Below are positions 58,713 to 64,000 of a DNA stretch of 64,000 bases, in pieces. The first letter of the stretch is position 1. Each line of letters opens with the position of its first letter. A program made the translations under genes and the position numbers. The stretch is taken from assembly GCA_041649295.1 (NCBI GenBank), contig JBAZNI010000001.1, forward strand, positions 288,115 through 352,114, given 5' to 3'. Below the pieces are notes generated by a model. It was not told the origin of the DNA and did not search any database. It worked only from the letters and a program-made list of their open reading frames with translations. The stretch comes from Candidatus Pacearchaeota archaeon. GTDB lineage: Archaea > Nanobdellota > Nanobdellia > Pacearchaeales > GW2011-AR1.

Positions 58713-60089
58713 TCATTCATATGGATTATCATGTGAAAGCATTTTGTGGGCTTTTTTGTAAATATCATACATGTTAAAACACATTTCTTCTGCATTTTTT
58801 TTTGCAATTTCTCTTATTTGTTTTTCGACATAACTGTCTTTTTTTATATCGTCTTTGCTGTTTATCTTATTCTTCTCTTTATCCTTATCTTTGTTCTTGT
58901 CTTTTTTTGGAAATAAATTTCCAAAAAGAGCTTTGAATGGATTCATTTCTTTTGATTTTTCCTCTTCTTTCTTTTCATCTTTTTTAATAAAATGGTCTAT
59001 ATCTTCTTTTAACTGGTCGAGGCTTTCTGTTGTTGCCCCTTCAATTAATTTTAAAACATCATTCATATCGGATTTTTTAAGTTCGCTTTCAAAAAGCGCA
59101 AGTTGGTCGCTGTTTAAGGCATATCCTTTAAAAGACATTGTTGCTTTGCCTCCAAATACATAGTGCTGTCCGACTTTGTTTGGTATTCCTCTGAAATGGA
59201 ATTCAATTAATAAGCAGTTGTAGTAATCTCTTTTTGGTTTTTTTATTCCTTCTGGCAGATTAAAACTTTTGATTTCCTCTTCTACTTTAATATCTTTCTT
59301 TCCAAACAAAGCTAGTTCAAGAATTATTGTATTGAATGGGGTTACTAATTCTGGGTTTCTTTCATTACCTCTCATTTCTAACTGCTGTGCTGCTTTTAAA
59401 TAAGGTTTTACCCATCTAGAATATAACTGTAGAGTATTTACCTGAGATTTTAAGTATGTTACTTGAATCTGATATCTTTTTCTTAATTCTTTTTCACTTA
59501 ATTCTTTCCATTTTAGGAATTCTTCTAATCTTGGCTTTATTACTCTTATTACCCTTGTATTTAAATCCAATTTGTCAATTTCTTTTTCAGAATCTGCTGC
59601 TAAAAATGCGTCTCTTAGTGTTACAAAATTTAAATCCTGCGCCATTCCATGGATTGACCCTCTCCCTCTTTTTATATCTACATTATCAAGCCATATTTGC
59701 TTTAATGCAAGCATCCCTGTTGTTCTTTTTTCTTCATTTTTTGAATTTGCATCATCATAATTTGCCAGTCTTATTTCAAAATCTTTTAAGTCATATATTA
59801 AATTAATCACACTTTTTATAACTGTATTAACCATTGCAAGATTATCTGTTACATTTTTTTGCATAACTGCTTTTCTTTGCCCCATTTCTGCAAAATGCCC
59901 TCCTCCTGGTGAAGAGGTAAAATTGTCTGCAAGTTTCTCAACTTTTCCACTAAAAAAATCATTCATTAAATCAAGTGTCCAGAAATAAATAGGTTCGAGA
60001 GTTTCAGAACTGGAATTATAGATAAGTTCGTGTGTTTTGACTGCTTTTTCTCCAAGTTGTTTTTCAATAATATCTGCTATCTCTGCCAT
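58713..60089 (-). CDS. Hypothetical protein (458 aa) with K/E/D-rich C-terminal third
   Basis: Long ORF; no family recognised. Confidence 0.5.
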   Translation of the reverse strand: MAEIADIIEKQLGEKAVKTHELIYNSSSETLEPIYFWTLDLMNDFFSGKVEKLADNFTSSPGGGHFAEMGQRKAVMQKNVTDNLAMVNTVIKSVINLIYDLKDFEIRLANYDDANSKNEEKRTTGMLALKQIWLDNVDIKRGRGSIHGMAQDLNFVTLRDAFLAADSEKEIDKLDLNTRVIRVIKPRLEEFLKWKELSEKELRKRYQIQVTYLKSQVNTLQLYSRWVKPYLKAAQQLEMRGNERNPELVTPFNTIILELALFGKKDIKVEEEIKSFNLPEGIKKPKRDYYNCLLIEFHFRGIPNKVGQHYVFGGKATMSFKGYALNSDQLALFESELKKSDMNDVLKLIEGATTESLDQLKEDIDHFIKKDEKKEEEKSKEMNPFKALFGNLFPKKDKNKDKDKEKNKINSKDDIKKDSYVEKQIREIAKKNAEEMCFNMYDIYKKAHKMLSHDNPYE

Positions 60090-60168
60090 AATCAGCTGCT
60101 CCTTTTTATTACCTTACTTCGTTTCTGAATTATTTAAAGGTTATCCTCTTAAGCATATTTACAAGAAG

Positions 60169-61281
60169 TTATATTTTCCAGACACCATTTTCTTGCAGTA
60201 TTTTTCCGTCAACGATAATTTTTGCTCTTGACATATCCTTGACAATATCCCAATGTATTGATGAATCGTTGCCCCCGCCATTTTCTTTATAGGCCATTCC
60301 CAGCGCCAAATGTATTGTTCCATCTATTTTTTCATCAAAAAGAAGATTTTTTGTAAATTTAGTTATATTTGGATTAACCCCTATTCCAAATTCCCCAACA
60401 TAACTTGAATTTTCATCCGCATTTAACATTTCTTCTAAGAATTCCTTATTTTTATCTGCATTAAATTTTATAACCTTTCCATTTTTAAAAGTTAATTCAA
60501 TGCCAGCCACTTCTTTTCCAGAATTTACCGCAGGATATTCAAATTTAACATATCCATTTAAACTTTCTCTTACAGGAGCCATGAAAATTTCTCCTCCGGG
60601 CATATTTTCTTCCCCTTTGTCTGCAACTGATTTATCTCCGTGAACATTAAAAGTTAAGTTTATACCCTCTCCTATTAAATGTACCTTTGAGTTTTTTTTG
60701 AATTTAAAAAGGATTTTACCCATTTTATTCCCGAGCTTTTTCCAGTCAAGCAAACAAGCAGAATAAACAAAATTTTCATAATTAATTAAATCCATTTCAG
60801 CTTCCTGCGCTAAAGATTCAGAGGGAAACAAGGTTGTGCATCTTCTTATTTTATTTTTCTCATTCACAATATAATCTGATATTGCATGGGTTGCTTTGTT
60901 TCTTGCAGTTATTTTTTTAGAATCTGCTTCAGTTAGCTCCTTGGTATTTGAAGGGGAAATTATTCCAATATATTTTTGTGCATTTTTAACCATAAAATCA
61001 AATTCTGCAGGGAATCTTTCTATCTGATGTTTTTTGCCGTATTTATAAAAAAAAGAATTTAATCCAGGAAGATTAACTCTTATAACCGGATGAGCCCCAT
61101 TTAGTATTGTTTCTTTATATATCGCTTTAATTAATTCTTGGCCTGGAAGTTCCCCACTTATTATTACTACCTCGTTTGGTTTTACTGCAACAGAATAATT
61201 CACAAGCAATTTTGCTAATTTTTGTGTCCTTAAATCCATTAACTTTTTTATAAATTTCATTTTATAAGCTTTATTGTGCAA
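60169..61281 (-). CDS. M29-family aminopeptidase (AmpS/PepS-like)
   Basis: LAKLLVNYSVAVKPNEVVIISG.., GGEIFMAP, GEFGIGVNP, DEKIDGTIHLALG. The true start is probably an internal ATG (61260 or 61239). Confidence 0.8.
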   Translation of the reverse strand: MHNKAYKMKFIKKLMDLRTQKLAKLLVNYSVAVKPNEVVIISGELPGQELIKAIYKETILNGAHPVIRVNLPGLNSFFYKYGKKHQIERFPAEFDFMVKNAQKYIGIISPSNTKELTEADSKKITARNKATHAISDYIVNEKNKIRRCTTLFPSESLAQEAEMDLINYENFVYSACLLDWKKLGNKMGKILFKFKKNSKVHLIGEGINLTFNVHGDKSVADKGEENMPGGEIFMAPVRESLNGYVKFEYPAVNSGKEVAGIELTFKNGKVIKFNADKNKEFLEEMLNADENSSYVGEFGIGVNPNITKFTKNLLFDEKIDGTIHLALGMAYKENGGGNDSSIHWDIVKDMSRAKIIVDGKILQENGVWKI

Positions 61282-61315
61282 TCCAAATCTTTAAAAAAAG
61301 AGATTACATTAGTTA

Positions 61316-61681
61316 TTGATGGGATTATTTAGAAAAAAGAGAACAATTGATTTTACCAAACTTCCAGATTCAAGAGTAGCTGAGAGCAGGGAATTTAAAT
61401 TTACAAATGAGGGTTTAGTTGATTTAAGGGATTCTGAACCATTAAAAAAATCTGCATCTCCAGTATCATCTCTTCCATCTAATTCGGGATTTAATTTCTT
61501 AGAAAATAATTCTGGATTCTCTTCTGATTCTGGTTCAGCAGGTTCTTCTGATTCTGAAACAAATAAGATTTTGACAAACACTGCAAGAAGAGTTGAAGAA
61601 AATTCAAATGAACTTTACAGGCTTTTGCAAAGAATTGAACTTCTTGAAAGGAAAATAGAAAGGCTTGAAAACGGAAGATAA
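61316..61681 (+). CDS. Hypothetical protein with S-rich middle and C-terminal coiled coil
   Basis: ORF only; an antisense ORF at 61309-61581 overlaps it. Confidence 0.35.
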   Translation: MMGLFRKKRTIDFTKLPDSRVAESREFKFTNEGLVDLRDSEPLKKSASPVSSLPSNSGFNFLENNSGFSSDSGSAGSSDSETNKILTNTARRVEENSNELYRLLQRIELLERKIERLENGR

Positions 61682-61755
61682 TTTTTATTTGTATAGGATA
61701 AAAAAGAAAAATAGAAGAAGAATTTTAATAATTTAAGACAAAAATAAACAAATTT

Positions 61756-61950
61756 TTATTTTTTAGTAGATGTATATATCATATAAAGTCCTGCTAACCC
61801 TACTAATATATAAACTGCTTTTGCAAGCCATGCAACTGAGCCAAATACAATATCTACAAGATCCCAGTTTCCAATACCTACAAGACCCCAATTAACAGCT
61901 CCAATGATAACCAATACAATAGCTACCCAGTCAATCCAATTTTTAGCCAT
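61756..61950 (-). CDS. DUF378 small membrane protein
   Basis: WIDWVAIVLVIIGAVNWGLVG pattern. Confidence 0.7.
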   Translation of the reverse strand: MAKNWIDWVAIVLVIIGAVNWGLVGIGNWDLVDIVFGSVAWLAKAVYILVGLAGLYMIYTSTKK

Positions 61951-62069
61951 TTTATCAACCTCCTTTCAATAATATTCTATATATTTTGCCCTATATAAAT
62001 ATTTTGGATTTAACTGGCAGATTAATAAGATTTATTAATGTTTGTTGGTTGATTAATTTATACATCAAA

Positions 62070-63734
62070 ATGGCAAAAGATTTTAATGACGAGATTCATG
62101 CTTATGCACTTGAAAACGCTATTGTTTATGGAAAAGCAATAGAATCCGTTGTTCTTACTAAACTTTTTCAGCACGGGTTAAAAAAAGAAGGGATAAAAGA
62201 TGTAATGGTTAAGATAAAAGAAATTGTCAGTTTTGTTAATTCTCTCAAAAATGATGAAAAAATTTCCGAGTTTAAAAAGTATAAATCTTTCCTAAAAGAA
62301 AAACCTGCTGAAGAAAAGGGGCTTAAAGAGCTTCCAAAATCAGGGAAACATATGGTTTTTAGAATGGCTCCATTTCCATCAGGGGGTTTGCACATAGGAA
62401 ACACAAAAACTTACTTGCTTAATGCTTTATACTCTGAAAAATATAAGGGAAAGACATTTTTAGTAATTGATGACACAATTGGGAGCGAGGAAAAAAGAAT
62501 CATAGACGAAGCTTATAATTTAATTCCTCAGGCATTTAATTATCTTAAAGTTAAATATAATAAGCCAATAATATATAAGTCAGACAGGTTAAAAATTTAT
62601 TACAAATATGCAGAACAACTTATAAAAAAAGGAAAAGCTTATGTTTGTTCCTGCTCTCATGAACAATTAAGGGAAAACAGAGCTAACCAAAGAGAGTGTG
62701 CATGCCGGCATATGCCGATTGAAGAACAGATAAAAAGATGGAGGAAAATGTTTAAAGCAAAAGAAGGCGAATATACTCTAAGGATTAAAACATCTATGCA
62801 AAATCCAAACCCTGCTTTTAGAGATAGAGTTCTATGCAGAATTTCTGAAAGAGAGCATCCAAGGGTTGGAAAAAAATATCGGATATGGCCTATGCTTGAA
62901 TTTTCATGGGCAATTGATGATCACCTGCTTAAAGTAACCCATATCATTCGGGGTAAAGAATTAATGATTGAAGGAGAAATGCAAAAATATATATGGGATA
63001 TTTTTAAATGGAAACATCCAGAATTAATTTATGTCGGATTAGTTAAGTTAGAAGGAATTGGGGGAAAATTAAGCAAAAGCAAAGCTCAGAAAGAGGTTTT
63101 ATCTGGGGAATATTCTGGATGGGATGACCCAAGAACATGGAGTGTGCAAAGTTTGGAGAGGAGGGGGATTTTAGCAAATTCAATAAGGGAATTTATTGAA
63201 AAAATCGGGCTTAACCAAAATGAGATAACTGTTCCAATTGAAGAACTATATGCAATAAACAGAAAGAAAATAGATTCTACTTCGGGAAGGTATTTTTTTG
63301 TTGAAAATCCTGTAGAGATAAAAATCCCAGAAGAGATAAAAAAGAAAAGTTTAAAGGTTAAATTATATCCTGAAAAAAACGAATATAAAGTTATTATAAT
63401 TGATAAAAATATTTTTATTGCTTTGAAAGATTTTAATGATTTCAAGGATAAAGATGTCAGGCTTATGCATTTTTGTAATATTAATCTTAAAAAAATTCCC
63501 CAGTTTATTTCAGAGGAGAATAATCTGAAAATTCAAAAGATACATTGGGTTTCTAAAAGTGTTAAGGCAAGAATAATGATGCCTAATGGAATTTATACTA
63601 AAGGAATTGCAGAATCTTCTGTTTCAAAATTAAAACCCGGTGAAATGATTCAGTTTGAAAGATTTGGTTTTGCCAGATTTGACCATTTTGATAAAAAACT
63701 CGATGAGTATGAATTCTGGTTTAGCCATGATTAA
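62070..63734 (+). CDS. gltX: Glutamyl-tRNA synthetase (archaeal type)
   Basis: FRMAPFPSGGLHIGN (HIGH) and KLSKS. The ATG at 62070 (MAKDFNDEIHAYALENA) is preferred to the TTG-type start at 61986. Confidence 0.85.
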   Translation: MAKDFNDEIHAYALENAIVYGKAIESVVLTKLFQHGLKKEGIKDVMVKIKEIVSFVNSLKNDEKISEFKKYKSFLKEKPAEEKGLKELPKSGKHMVFRMAPFPSGGLHIGNTKTYLLNALYSEKYKGKTFLVIDDTIGSEEKRIIDEAYNLIPQAFNYLKVKYNKPIIYKSDRLKIYYKYAEQLIKKGKAYVCSCSHEQLRENRANQRECACRHMPIEEQIKRWRKMFKAKEGEYTLRIKTSMQNPNPAFRDRVLCRISEREHPRVGKKYRIWPMLEFSWAIDDHLLKVTHIIRGKELMIEGEMQKYIWDIFKWKHPELIYVGLVKLEGIGGKLSKSKAQKEVLSGEYSGWDDPRTWSVQSLERRGILANSIREFIEKIGLNQNEITVPIEELYAINRKKIDSTSGRYFFVENPVEIKIPEEIKKKSLKVKLYPEKNEYKVIIIDKNIFIALKDFNDFKDKDVRLMHFCNINLKKIPQFISEENNLKIQKIHWVSKSVKARIMMPNGIYTKGIAESSVSKLKPGEMIQFERFGFARFDHFDKKLDEYEFWFSHD

Positions 63735-63744
63735 TATAATTTTT

Positions 63745-63978
63745 GGGTTAGTGTTAGAGACAATCTTTTATTATGGTTTTGTTTGTTTTTAATTGTCAAG
63801 CATTAGTTATTAAACATAATAAGCAAGCCATATTATCGCTGTCTTACAGATTAAAGAAAATATTATTTATAGAGGTTAATAATCCATATCTTTCCCTAGC
63901 TTTATGCGAGTTGAGCGGTAGTTTTTGTAGAGTAGAATTGCTGTCTGTTACATTAACCTAAGCGAGCGAAGCGAGTAG
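63745..63978. repeat. MITE-like mosaic repeat, best-delimited copy (about 215 bp between inverted termini) plus flanking AGCGAGCGAAGCGAG
   Basis: The left end GGGTTAGTGTTAGAGACA (63745-62) faces the right end TGTCTGTTACATTAACC (63943-59), giving 14 of 17 as an inverted repeat. The X module is at 63872-63920. Confidence 0.65.
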
Positions 63979-64000
63979 CATATCTTATTTATTGTTTCTT

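Noticed and set aside
63773-63961. 62-aa plus-strand ORF at the window end
   Set aside because: It lies entirely inside the MITE-like repeat copy, and homologous repeat copies elsewhere do not keep the frame open.

Overview
This is an AT-rich window (about 27-30% GC in hand-sampled lines). It comes from an archaeon with a small, reduced-looking gene set, probably DPANN-like. The archaeal assignment rests on archaeal DnaG, Rpo7/RpoE', an Spt4-like protein, S24e and S27ae. It is also supported by diphthine-ammonia ligase, Taw3, and tRNA genes with introns at position 37/38 that fold into bulge-helix-bulge motifs.

Housekeeping genes are interleaved with accessory DNA:
- dnaG, trpS, gltX, rnhB, trxB, the rpoE'-S24e-S27ae cluster, an M29 aminopeptidase and DisA are housekeeping.
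- 1-5.5 kb carries a restriction-modification pair with an IS transposase abutting it, plus RelE-type modules.
- 14.2-25.3 kb is a toxin-antitoxin/Abi-rich island. It holds a wHTH-NTase-2H cassette, AbiEi/AbiEii between 70-bp direct repeats, a membrane-anchored HicA-like protein and an MNT/HEPN pair.

Inside that island, a chorismate mutase/prephenate dehydrogenase gene is translationally coupled to six unrecognisable genes (18197-23037). These look higher in GC than their surroundings, and two of them carry nuclease-like cores. This is my best candidate for an undescribed system.

Other notable items:
- An SMC-headed protein has a Rad50-style CxxC hook at its midpoint and a 532-aa LAGLIDADG intein in the Walker A loop.
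- Two coupled radical-SAM paralogs sit next to a tandem-Lrp regulator.
- An ACP-like carrier protein is wedged between rpoE' and a zinc-ribbon-less spt4.
- There is an unusual amount of tRNA-fragment biology: terminal duplications beside three tRNAs, and three orphan tRNA 3' fragments.
- A mosaic MITE-like intergenic repeat family is scattered across the window.

No CRISPR array and no rRNA were seen. All functional calls are motif recognition by eye and no database search was run.
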